Assembly: GCA_902576565.1 (NCBI GenBank)
Contig: CACGVK010000001.1
Span: forward strand, 305-64,304
Origin: an uncultured Pelagibacteraceae bacterium
Lineage (GTDB): Bacteria > Pseudomonadota > Alphaproteobacteria > Pelagibacterales > Pelagibacteraceae
Direction of reading: 5' to 3'
Length of the DNA stretch: 64,000 bases
Part shown: in pieces, positions 47,463-56,568 of the stretch
Layout: every line of letters begins with the position of its first letter
Position numbering within the stretch: position 1 is the first letter of the stretch
The notes under the pieces: generated by a model
The model's input: the letters and a program-made list of their open reading frames with translations, nothing else
Told to the model about the DNA's origin: nothing
The model's database searches: none
Made by a program: the position numbers and the translations under genes

Positions 47463-49204
47463 TAATCTCTTCTAATTTGTTTTTCATAAAAATTCTTATA
47501 AATATCTGAAGATTTTAATAATTCGTCATGTGTACCTTGTCCTACTATACTTCCATGATTTAAAACATATATATTTTTTGAGTTGACTATCGTGGAAAGA
47601 CGATGAGCTATTACTAAAGTTGTTCTACCTTTAATTAAGTTCTTAATAGCCTCTTGAATTTTACTTTCTGTTTCCGAGTCTAATGATGAAGTAGCTTCAT
47701 CTAAAAGAATAATTTTGCTTTTTTTAAGCATAGCCCTCGCTATTGAAAGCCTTTGTTTTTGACCTCCCGATAACCTAACACCATTTTCTCCAATTAAGGT
47801 GTCAAATTTATTTGGTAAATTTTCAATAAATTCATTACAGAATGAATGTTTTGCAACATTTATAATTTCTTGATCAGTTGCGTCTAAATTTGCGTATGCA
47901 ATATTATTTCTTATAGTATCATCAAACAAAGTAATATCTTGATTCACTAAAGAAATACTAGATCTAAGAGAGTCAATTTTTAAATTATAAATTGATTGAT
48001 CGTCAACTTCTACATCCCCAGAATTACAATCATAAAATCTTGGAATTAGATTTAATAATGTAGATTTTCCAGCTCCACTATGGCCTACGAGAGCAGTCAT
48101 TTCTCCTCCTTGGATATTTAAGTTAACATTTTTTAATACCTCTTCACCATTACTATCGTTATATTTAAAACTTACATTTTTAAAATTGATATCACCTTTA
48201 GTTAGATTTAATTTTTTACTATTTTCTTTTTCAGTGATTGAACTTTTATTATCAATTATTGGTAATATTCTTCTTGCGGCTGATAAACCAAGGCTAATCC
48301 CCATGTTTGCTGTAGCCAAGGTTCTTACTGGTTGATAAGCCAACATCATCGCTGCTAAGAATGAAAAAAAATTATTTATTCCTAAAATTCCATCTACCAT
48401 TAATTTTCCTGAATAATAAATAAGTCCCGCGATCATTATTCCTGTCAAAGTTTCCATTATTGGAGTTGATCTTACAAGAACAGTTTGGATTTTAGTTGCT
48501 CTATCTTTTAAATCATCAATTAATTTTTCAGCTCTATTAAATTCATATTTTTCTTTTTGGAAAATTTTAATAATTTTGTGATTTTTAAAAATTTCTAATA
48601 AATAAGATGTTAAAATTCCTGATTTTTCTTGAGCTTGCGTTGAGACCTTTCCAATTCTTTTTCCTAAAGATTTTGCAGCATATGAGGCCAAAGGTATCAT
48701 TATTAAAGCAAAAATAGCTAACCTCCAGTTTTGATAAAACATTACACCAACTAAACCAATTAAAGTTAACAAATCTTTAGTTAAGTTTAGAATTGTATTG
48801 CTTACCAGGTTGGTAATTAGTTGAATATCATAAGTAATATGTGAAATTAATTTTCCTGAATGTTTTTTGTTTATTGTTTCATTATCAGAATTAATAAGAG
48901 ATTTAACTACTTGATACTGTAAAATTTTTGTTACCTCAAACGCAACTTTGATTAAAATTGTTTTAGCTAAATATAAAGATGCACCTTTTAAAAAAAAAGC
49001 GATAATTATCGCTAAAGGTATTATGAATATTAATGATTGATCTTTTTCTATAAATATTTTTTTTATAGCTGGATCAAGTAACCATGCAATTGCCGAGGTA
49101 CTACCGGCAACCAATAGTGAGAAAAGAATTGAAATAAAAATTTTTGGTAAAAATTTTTTTGTATATTCATTATATAATCTTTTTAAAGTTTCTAAATTAT
49201 TCAT
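47462..49204 (-). CDS. msbA: Lipid A ABC exporter (MsbA-like)
   Basis: TMD plus NBD with GHSGAGKST, LSGGQKQR and LLDEATSSLD; lies in the lipid A operon. Confidence 0.9.
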   Translation of the reverse strand: MNNLETLKRLYNEYTKKFLPKIFISILFSLLVAGSTSAIAWLLDPAIKKIFIEKDQSLIFIIPLAIIIAFFLKGASLYLAKTILIKVAFEVTKILQYQVVKSLINSDNETINKKHSGKLISHITYDIQLITNLVSNTILNLTKDLLTLIGLVGVMFYQNWRLAIFALIMIPLASYAAKSLGKRIGKVSTQAQEKSGILTSYLLEIFKNHKIIKIFQKEKYEFNRAEKLIDDLKDRATKIQTVLVRSTPIMETLTGIMIAGLIYYSGKLMVDGILGINNFFSFLAAMMLAYQPVRTLATANMGISLGLSAARRILPIIDNKSSITEKENSKKLNLTKGDINFKNVSFKYNDSNGEEVLKNVNLNIQGGEMTALVGHSGAGKSTLLNLIPRFYDCNSGDVEVDDQSIYNLKIDSLRSSISLVNQDITLFDDTIRNNIAYANLDATDQEIINVAKHSFCNEFIENLPNKFDTLIGENGVRLSGGQKQRLSIARAMLKKSKIILLDEATSSLDSETESKIQEAIKNLIKGRTTLVIAHRLSTIVNSKNIYVLNHGSIVGQGTHDELLKSSDIYKNFYEKQIRRD

Positions 49205-50070
49205 TACAAGATTTTTCCAACTAAAATATTTAAAAATATTAATAAACCAATTAAATTATTTGACTTAAAAATTTTAAGACAAATTTTTGGTTTTTTTATA
49301 TTTAAATTTTTTATTTGATAAATAAATAAATGATATGCAATAATAATTAAACCTATAAAATATATATAACTAAATTTCATATATATACCTGTAAAAATAA
49401 GTGATAAAGAAGTTATTGAATAACATAAATATAAAAATTTATTTGGGTTATTTTTAAATTTTATAGAAGTTGATTTTACTCCAATTATTTCATCATCTTT
49501 AATATCTTGATATCCATATATCGTGTCATACCCTAGTGTCCAAAATATGGCCCCTAAATAAAATATCAGAGGTATAAAACTTATGTTTTCTTGAATAGAT
49601 GTCCATCCTAAAATTAATCCATAATTAAATGTTATCCCTAAAAATAGTTGTGGCCAATATGTAAATCTTTTCATTAAGGGATAAGTAAAGGCTAAAGGCA
49701 TCGATACTAACGCTAGAATTATAGTTAAATAATTAAAATTTATTAAAACAAAAAATGCTAAAAGACATAAAATAATTGTAAAGGTGAATGCATCTTTTAC
49801 AGAAATCTTTCCTGATGCTATTGGTCTATTTTTTGTTCTTTGAACTTTTTTATCAAAATTTCTGTCCACAATATCATTTACAATACAACCGGCAGATCTC
49901 ATCAAAACTGATCCTGCAAAAAATAAAAATGTATAAAATAAAAATAATTTTATATTTTGATTGAAATCATAGGATAACGTAAGCCCCCATAAACATGGCC
50001 AAAATAACAACATGTAACCTATTGGTTTTTTAAGTCTTGTGAGATCAACAAATAGATTTAAATTTTTCAT
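49204..50070 (-). CDS. ubiA: 4-hydroxybenzoate polyprenyltransferase
   Basis: RLKKPIG..LL.WP, NDIVDR.FD..V.RTK.RP and YDTIY..QD..DD. Confidence 0.96.
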   Translation of the reverse strand: MKNLNLFVDLTRLKKPIGYMLLFWPCLWGLTLSYDFNQNIKLFLFYTFLFFAGSVLMRSAGCIVNDIVDRNFDKKVQRTKNRPIASGKISVKDAFTFTIILCLLAFFVLINFNYLTIILALVSMPLAFTYPLMKRFTYWPQLFLGITFNYGLILGWTSIQENISFIPLIFYLGAIFWTLGYDTIYGYQDIKDDEIIGVKSTSIKFKNNPNKFLYLCYSITSLSLIFTGIYMKFSYIYFIGLIIIAYHLFIYQIKNLNIKKPKICLKIFKSNNLIGLLIFLNILVGKIL

Positions 50071-50122
50071 TAAAATTTACTTGTAAATAACAAAGCATAG
50101 ATTCATAATCAAATTGATTCGT

Positions 50123-50530
50123 ATGAATATAGATTACACAGTAACAGCACTGATGTTTCCAGCGATCCCACTTATAATGAGTGTATATTCTAATAGATTT
50201 CATACTTTAAGCTCACTAATTAGAAAAATTCATGACGAGTATGTTTTTGAAAAACATACGCCGCCAGAGTGGAAAGATCAATTAAGAAACCTTAATGATA
50301 GAATAGGGGTAATAAAACTATCTGTAATGTTTGCAGCATTTGGTTTTTTATTTAATATGTTAACTGTATTTGCTCTTTACTTAGAAAGCTTGTTTGTAGC
50401 TAGAATTATTTTTGGATCATGTTGCCTATCAATGATGATATCAATTATATTTTTTATAAGAGAAATTCAAATATCAACTAAAGCTTTAAAACTACATCTA
50501 TCAGATATGGATGTACAGTTTAAGGAATAA
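50123..50530 (+). CDS. DUF2721-family membrane protein
   Basis: LMFPAI....YSNRF..L..LIR and EI.IS..AL motifs; three TM segments. Confidence 0.78.
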   Translation: MNIDYTVTALMFPAIPLIMSVYSNRFHTLSSLIRKIHDEYVFEKHTPPEWKDQLRNLNDRIGVIKLSVMFAAFGFLFNMLTVFALYLESLFVARIIFGSCCLSMMISIIFFIREIQISTKALKLHLSDMDVQFKE

Positions 50531-51491
50531 TAACAGCGGGACCTAAAATTTTTCTTCCCTCCAAGTCCTTATGAGCCTGAATAACATCTTCAAGTTTATA
50601 TTTTTTAAATATTTCAATCTTTATTTTTCCTGAGTGAATTTTTTCAAACATTATTGATGCAGCTTCAGCCAATTCTTCTTTCGTACTTAAATATTGTTGC
50701 ATAGAAGGTCTTACTAAATACAAGCCTTTTGGTTGTAGCATTTTTGGAACGTTAATATCTGAAAGTGGTCCAGACGCATTTCCAAATGAAACCATAAATC
50801 CTCTAGTTTTCAAACATTCTAATGAACCATTCAATGTATCTTTTCCAACACCATCATAAACTACTGGAACACCTTTCCCATCAGTTATTTCTTTTACTTT
50901 GTTTGCAAAATTATCTTTCGAGTAATTAATTACATAATCGTATCCACATTTTTTGGCTACTTCAATTTTTTCATCTGATCCAACAGTTCCTATTACTTTA
51001 CACCCTAAACTTTTTGCCCATTGACCAAATATCTGTCCTACACCACCTGCAGCGGCATGGAACAAAACAGTTTCACCTGATTTAACTTTATATGTTTGAT
51101 GTAATAAATAATAAGTTGTTAAGCCTTTTGTCATTAAAGTTGCTGCAAGCTCTAGATCGACACCATTAGGAATTTTAACAATTTTACTTGCTGGAAAATT
51201 TCTATGAGTTGAATATGACCCTAGAGGTATCGCTGCGTAAGCTACCTTATCTCCAGCTTTGAAATTTCTTACGTTAGAACCAACTTCTGTAATAACCCCA
51301 GATCCTTCGAGTCCTAAACCAGACGGTAGTTTTAATGGATAAAGACCTGATCTATGATAAGTATCAATGTAATTTAGACCAATTGCTTTTTGTTCAATTG
51401 TAACCTCATCTGTACCCGGTTTGTCTAAGGTAATATCTTTAAGTTTTATTACCTCTGGACCACCTGTTTTATCTAATTCAACTGCTTTCAT
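50520..51491 (-). CDS. qor: NADPH:quinone oxidoreductase (zeta-crystallin family)
   Basis: GGPEV, IGLNYIDTY.RSG.Y, HAAAGGVG, VVYDGVG and SFGNASG. Confidence 0.93.
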   Translation of the reverse strand: MKAVELDKTGGPEVIKLKDITLDKPGTDEVTIEQKAIGLNYIDTYHRSGLYPLKLPSGLGLEGSGVITEVGSNVRNFKAGDKVAYAAIPLGSYSTHRNFPASKIVKIPNGVDLELAATLMTKGLTTYYLLHQTYKVKSGETVLFHAAAGGVGQIFGQWAKSLGCKVIGTVGSDEKIEVAKKCGYDYVINYSKDNFANKVKEITDGKGVPVVYDGVGKDTLNGSLECLKTRGFMVSFGNASGPLSDINVPKMLQPKGLYLVRPSMQQYLSTKEELAEAASIMFEKIHSGKIKIEIFKKYKLEDVIQAHKDLEGRKILGPAVIIP

Positions 51492-52327
51492 TATTTCACA
51501 AAAGTACCATTATGATAATCATCAATTGCTTGAAGTATCTCTTGTTTAGTATTCATTACAAATGGACCACCCCTAGCAATTTGTTCACCGATTGGCTTAC
51601 CAGATATTAATAAAAATTTAGCTTTAGTTAAAGCAGATATTTTAAGTGTTTCACCTTTAGTCAAAAGAATTAGTGTTGAATCCTTAACATTGCTGTGTGA
51701 CTTGTTACCAATTTCTATTTCACCATCAATTAAATAAATAAATGAGTTATGAGTTAAAGGTAAATCAAAACTAAATTTTTTATCTTTTTCTATTTCAATA
51801 TCAAAATAAATAGGCTCCACATTGTGTTTTTTTATAGGACCTTCAGCTTTACCGAATTTACCAGATATTACTTTTACAAATTTATCTTCATCTTTATGAG
51901 TACTCATTTTATTGGAATCAATATAATGATATTCAGGTTTACTCATTTTCAAGTTTGCAGGCATATTGATCCATAATTGGAAGCCATGAAGTTTACCTTC
52001 TTTCATTGCAGGCATCTCTGAATGAATAATTCCACTTCCAGTTTTCATCCATTGAACATCTCCAGCGCTCATCCTTCCTTGGCCACCTGTACTATCTTTA
52101 TGTTCAAAATCGCCAGCCAGCATATATGTAACAGTTTCAATACCTCGATGTGGGTGAGGAGGAAAACCTCCAATATAATCATCTTTATTTTCTGATCCAA
52201 ATTCATCTAACATTAAAAAAGGATCAAAATAATTTGGTTCAACTCCAATACTTCTTTTTAACTTAACCCCTGCACCATCTGAAGCCAGGATTGGGTTAAT
52301 AATTTTTTTTACTTCAATATCTGACAT
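51491..52327 (-). CDS. Pirin family protein
   Basis: DPFLMLDEF, FPPHPHRG.ETVTY, VQWM..G.GIIHSE, QLW.N and GPFVMN. Confidence 0.95.
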   Translation of the reverse strand: MSDIEVKKIINPILASDGAGVKLKRSIGVEPNYFDPFLMLDEFGSENKDDYIGGFPPHPHRGIETVTYMLAGDFEHKDSTGGQGRMSAGDVQWMKTGSGIIHSEMPAMKEGKLHGFQLWINMPANLKMSKPEYHYIDSNKMSTHKDEDKFVKVISGKFGKAEGPIKKHNVEPIYFDIEIEKDKKFSFDLPLTHNSFIYLIDGEIEIGNKSHSNVKDSTLILLTKGETLKISALTKAKFLLISGKPIGEQIARGGPFVMNTKQEILQAIDDYHNGTFVK

Positions 52328-52328
52328 T

Positions 52329-52706
52329 TTATTTATTAAATTTATTGTCTAAACTCAAACCTCTTGCTCCATTTATAAAAAGAAATAAAAAACCTCCAGC
52401 AAGGGCAATATTTTTTAAAAATGATGTTAATTGCATCTGATTACTAAAGTCATTATGAAATATAAATGCGGTTGCAATGCAAAATAAACTTAATAATGCG
52501 GCAGCTATTTTTGTTTTGTAACCAACTATAATTAAAATTGGACCTAGAACCTCTAGAATAATTGCAGGAATTAATAAAACTCCAGGCATTCCATAGCTTT
52601 CCATCCAATCTATCGTTCCATCGTAATTATATATTTTAAAAATTCCATTTAAAAGGAATAGTACTGAAATAAGAATTCTGCCAATTAGATCTACTATATT
52701 TATCAT
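52329..52706 (-). CDS. DoxX family membrane protein
   Basis: GRILIS.LF..G..K and FH..F..Q..F.KN.AL.GG.L. Confidence 0.9.
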   Translation of the reverse strand: MINIVDLIGRILISVLFLLNGIFKIYNYDGTIDWMESYGMPGVLLIPAIILEVLGPILIIVGYKTKIAAALLSLFCIATAFIFHNDFSNQMQLTSFLKNIALAGGFLFLFINGARGLSLDNKFNK

Positions 52707-52730
52707 AAAATTACTTAACTAAATTTTTTT

Positions 52731-53393
52731 TTATAAAATATCAAGTAGTTGATTTAACTCATTGATTTCTTTTTTAGGTTTATAATCAAGATAATCAAAT
52801 ATATTATTGTTTCTGTTTACCCAAATAGAACTAAATCCATAATTACCACCCCCCGAAACATCCCACGTATTTGCGCTTAAAAAAGCAGCTTCTTCTTTTT
52901 TAATATTATATTTCTTTATTGGCATGTCATAAACCATCGAACTTGGTTTATATATTTTAACTTCTTCTATCGAAAAAATATCATCAAATAAATTGTTTAA
53001 ACTATTACTTTTAACCAATTCATTGAGTAGAGAAGGTGTTCCGTTTGATAGTATGGCTAATTTATATTTTTTTTCTTTAAGCTTTTTTAAAGTTTCTTTA
53101 ACTTCTGGATAAGGAGATAAAACTTTATACAAGTCTAATAATTCATTTTTCATCTCTGAGTTTATATTAAATGCTTTCATGGATTTAGCTAAGCTGTCCT
53201 CTGTTATTTGCCAAAAATCTTTATGTCTATCCATTAAACTTCTGAGCCATGTATATTCTAACTGTGTTTTTCTCCAATAATTTGCAAAATTTTCCCATTT
53301 ATCTCCAATTTTACTTTTACATTTTTCTGCTGCAGAATTTACATCAAATAGAGTTCCATAAGCATCAAAAATTATTGCTTTAATATTTTTCAT
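52731..53393 (-). CDS. Haloacid dehalogenase type II
   Basis: FDAYGTLFDV, WR..QLEY.W, LSNG, YKP and S.N.WD..G. Confidence 0.92.
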   Translation of the reverse strand: MKNIKAIIFDAYGTLFDVNSAAEKCKSKIGDKWENFANYWRKTQLEYTWLRSLMDRHKDFWQITEDSLAKSMKAFNINSEMKNELLDLYKVLSPYPEVKETLKKLKEKKYKLAILSNGTPSLLNELVKSNSLNNLFDDIFSIEEVKIYKPSSMVYDMPIKKYNIKKEEAAFLSANTWDVSGGGNYGFSSIWVNRNNNIFDYLDYKPKKEINELNQLLDIL

Positions 53394-53409
53394 AAATTAA
53401 CTTGTTTAG

Positions 53410-54108
53410 ATGAGCAATATTAGATTATTTTTTAAAGAAAGTTTATCATTAAATTTAAATTCTACTTTAGATAAGTCTCAATCATATTATTTATTAAAGG
53501 TAATGAGAATAAATATAGGTAAAACATTTTCATTATTTAATCAAAGTGGAGAGTGGGAAGCAAAAGTAGATAATATAAATAAAGGTAATGTAGAGTTCAC
53601 AATTATTAAAAAAATAAGATCTGCCGAAAGTACAAAAGAAATTTGTTTAGCATTTGCTCCAATTAAATTAAATTATTTAAATTTAATGATACAAAAAGCA
53701 ACTGAACTTGGGATAACAAAATTTATCCCAATTTTAACTGATAGAACAATAGTTAGAAAATTAAATTTAAAAAGAATTAATAAAATAATAATTGAGGCCT
53801 CAGAGCAAAGTAATAGGTTAAATGTACCAGAATTTCATGAAATAATTAAATTTGATGAATTTATTAAAGAATATAAAAAAGCAAAAATAATTTTTGGAGA
53901 TATAAATTCCAATAATAGTAATTTAAGTTTAAAAAATTCAAATTCAATTTGTATATTAGTTGGTCCAGAAGGAGATTTTACAGTAGAAGAGAGAAATAAA
54001 ATTTTAAAACTTGAAAACATAACATCTCTTAAAGTTAACGAAAATATTTTAAGATCCGAAACTGCTGCATTATCAATGATTTCAATAATTAGTTTTAAAT
54101 TATTATAA
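53410..54108 (+). CDS. rsmE: 16S rRNA (uracil(1498)-N3)-methyltransferase
   Basis: V.R, QKATELG, EASEQS.R, VGPEGDF and ILRSETAA. Confidence 0.95.
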   Translation: MSNIRLFFKESLSLNLNSTLDKSQSYYLLKVMRINIGKTFSLFNQSGEWEAKVDNINKGNVEFTIIKKIRSAESTKEICLAFAPIKLNYLNLMIQKATELGITKFIPILTDRTIVRKLNLKRINKIIIEASEQSNRLNVPEFHEIIKFDEFIKEYKKAKIIFGDINSNNSNLSLKNSNSICILVGPEGDFTVEERNKILKLENITSLKVNENILRSETAALSMISIISFKLL

Positions 54109-54690
54109 GTATTTATTTATTGTATTAAAAATTTTTTCATAATTTGCATGGTGACTTATTCTATCAAGATATTTACCATTTTTAAGCAGTATTATAGAAG
54201 AGCTGTGATTAATTAAATATTCACCTTCATCATTAAATATTTTTTCTGATACAATTCCCCAAGACTTTGATAATAAAAAAACTTTTTTAGGATCACCAGT
54301 AATTCCATACATTTCATTTTCAAATGTATCTAGATAATCTTTAATTATTTCAGTGCTATCTCTTTCTGGATCAATACTAACAAAAAAAACTTTAAATTTA
54401 TTTTTTTTGTTTTCTTTTAAATTATTTATTACTAGATCCAAATTGTTTAGTGTCATTGGACAAACATCTGGACAGTTTGTGAATCCAAAAAATATTGCAG
54501 TCAAAGGCCCTTCAAAAGAAGTCTCTGTAATTATTTCGTTATTTACATCTTTAAGGGAAAAAGAAGATCCTTGAAATTTTGATAGATATTCCTCTTTTTC
54601 ATTGTTTACTGAAAGAAATATAGGCAACATAATAAATATGAAAATTGCCAAGCAACCCGCTATAATTGTCACTGATGTTTTTATTTTCAT
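54103..54690 (-). CDS. SCO family copper chaperone
   Basis: N-terminal TM; FGFTNCPDVCP (CxxxC), SIDPERD and the conserved His in INHSS. Confidence 0.93.
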   Translation of the reverse strand: MKIKTSVTIIAGCLAIFIFIMLPIFLSVNNEKEEYLSKFQGSSFSLKDVNNEIITETSFEGPLTAIFFGFTNCPDVCPMTLNNLDLVINNLKENKKNKFKVFFVSIDPERDSTEIIKDYLDTFENEMYGITGDPKKVFLLSKSWGIVSEKIFNDEGEYLINHSSSIILLKNGKYLDRISHHANYEKIFNTINKYL

Positions 54691-54726
54691 TCTTGTAATA
54701 TATTTTTAACTAATTATATAAACTTT

Positions 54727-55407
54727 ATGGCATCATTATTAAAGAAACTATTTGGCACATTAATGCAGAAACCTTGGGAGCAAGAACAAGCCGCAATTGA
54801 TTCTCTGCACGAAGGTTACACTTTTGATTTATCAAATCAGATGTCAGCAGTTATAATTATATTTGGAGTTAGTACAACTTTATTTAGTTTGTTATTCACT
54901 GGTTATATTTATTCGTTACCACCTGAACAAGATACAACATTTATAATAAAAAAAAATTTACTGTGGATTAATACTATAGTTTTAATTTTTGTTACTTATT
55001 ACTTTAATAAAATAAAAAGTGATTTGGAAAAAAATATTACTGATAAAATAAAAACTAATATGATTATAGTTGGTGGTTTAAGTTATTTGTTTTTATTTCT
55101 TCAAGTTTTATTTTGGTTTCAATTAATGAATGATGGACACTTTGTTTCTACTAATACCTATTTTTCATCTTACTATTTTTTTACAGGGCTGCATGGAGTT
55201 CATTTATTAGGGGGACTATTTTTTTGGGGAAAAGTTAGCTCTAAGATATTTAAATTGGATAAGAAGGATTATGTTAATGAAAAAAAAAATATTAATGCTT
55301 TAGCAATTTATTGGTTATTTTTATTTATAGTTTGGATTACTTTTTTTGGATTGATGTTCTTTTTTAATGATGCAGTTATCGCTTGGTGTAAAGAATTGAT
55401 TTCTTAA
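54727..55407 (+). CDS. coxO: Alternative cytochrome c oxidase subunit III-like (CoxO type)
   Basis: N-terminal LMQKPWE, LWINT..L, FL.LQ..W, YYFFTGLHG.HLLGG and YW.FL..VW; a subunit III fold. Confidence 0.8.
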   Translation: MASLLKKLFGTLMQKPWEQEQAAIDSLHEGYTFDLSNQMSAVIIIFGVSTTLFSLLFTGYIYSLPPEQDTTFIIKKNLLWINTIVLIFVTYYFNKIKSDLEKNITDKIKTNMIIVGGLSYLFLFLQVLFWFQLMNDGHFVSTNTYFSSYYFFTGLHGVHLLGGLFFWGKVSSKIFKLDKKDYVNEKKNINALAIYWLFLFIVWITFFGLMFFFNDAVIAWCKELIS

Positions 55408-55409
55408 CT

Positions 55410-55601
55410 TTAAAGAAATAAACTTAAAATAATTCCTACTAACGCAACTATTAACAATAAAATATTTACAGACCTTAAATATCTTTTTGTTTCTGGCTTA
55501 GTCTCTCCCTTTGAAAATTTACCAGCCCCAACAGATATGACTAAATAAAATATAAATACTAAAACGAGTATTACTATAATTATGCCGAACTTACCTATCA
55601 T
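55410..55601 (-). CDS. Small two-TM hypothetical protein
   Basis: 63 aa: TM, short charged loop, TM; fills the gap within the oxidase cluster. Confidence 0.6.
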   Translation of the reverse strand: MIGKFGIIIVILVLVFIFYLVISVGAGKFSKGETKPETKRYLRSVNILLLIVALVGIILSLFL

Positions 55602-55689
55602 TTACATTGAATATACTCATTAATTTGATTAGTTTTTAAGACATTTTGTCATAGGTTTTTATACAATATTTCTTCTATATAAATGCCTT

Positions 55690-56526
55690 ATGCATGCGGG
55701 AATTATATTTTTTTTGGTCATCTTAGGATCAATCTTATTCCATATTTTTACTCCTTGGTATTGGACAGATATTGCATCAAATTGGGGAGGAATGGATGAT
55801 ACAATTACACTTACATTTTGGGTTGGAGGTGGAGTTTTTGTAGCAGTTTGTCTTTTCATGATTTATTGTGTTTTTAAATTCTCATACAAAGAAAACAGAA
55901 AAGCAGAATATAAACCCGAAGATAAAAAATTAGAAAAAATTTTGACAGTTGCAACTACATTGGGAGTTGCTGCACTTTTAGCTCCAGGATTAATAATATG
56001 GAATCAATATGTAAACGTACCTAAAAATGCAATTCACATAGATGTAATGGCATGGCAATGGGGATGGCAATATAGATTACCAGGCGATGATGGAAAATTA
56101 GGTACTACCAGTGTAAGAAATATAAATGATAACAATCCTTTCGGAATAAATTTGGATGATCCTTATGGGTCTGATGATATTTTAATTGTAAGCGACAAAA
56201 TAAATTTAAAAAATAATAGACCTGTAAAAATTTTGTTAAGATCAGTTGACGTTCTTCACAATTGGTATGTTCCGCAATTTAGAGCAAAAATGGATGCAGT
56301 TCCTGGAACTGTAACTTTCTATTGGTTTGAACCTAATAAAGTAGGAGAGTACGAAGTTTTATGTGCTGAATATTGTGGTGTTGGACATTATGCTATGAGA
56401 GGTATGGTAGAAGTCCAGGACGAAAACAGCTATGAAGAATGGCGAAATGAACAAGAAACTTTTGAAAGTTATGTGGCAAAGCAAAAAAATATTGAATTAG
56501 AAGAGAAAAAATTAGCAAAAAAATAA
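55690..56526 (+). CDS. coxM: Cytochrome c oxidase subunit II (alternative CoxM type, CuA)
   Basis: QWGWQY, DVLH.W, K.DAVPG and CuA motif CAEYCGVGHYAM. The N-terminus GS.LFH.F.PW.WT.IA.NWG is characteristic of CoxM. Confidence 0.92.
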   Translation: MHAGIIFFLVILGSILFHIFTPWYWTDIASNWGGMDDTITLTFWVGGGVFVAVCLFMIYCVFKFSYKENRKAEYKPEDKKLEKILTVATTLGVAALLAPGLIIWNQYVNVPKNAIHIDVMAWQWGWQYRLPGDDGKLGTTSVRNINDNNPFGINLDDPYGSDDILIVSDKINLKNNRPVKILLRSVDVLHNWYVPQFRAKMDAVPGTVTFYWFEPNKVGEYEVLCAEYCGVGHYAMRGMVEVQDENSYEEWRNEQETFESYVAKQKNIELEEKKLAKK

Positions 56527-56568
56527 TTTAAATGAGTAAAAAAATTATATAAAAGAATAGGAAAATAT

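Noticed and set aside
55602-55689. FNR/FixK box upstream of coxM
   Set aside because: Only a TTGAT half-site is present, with no ATCAA at the correct spacing.
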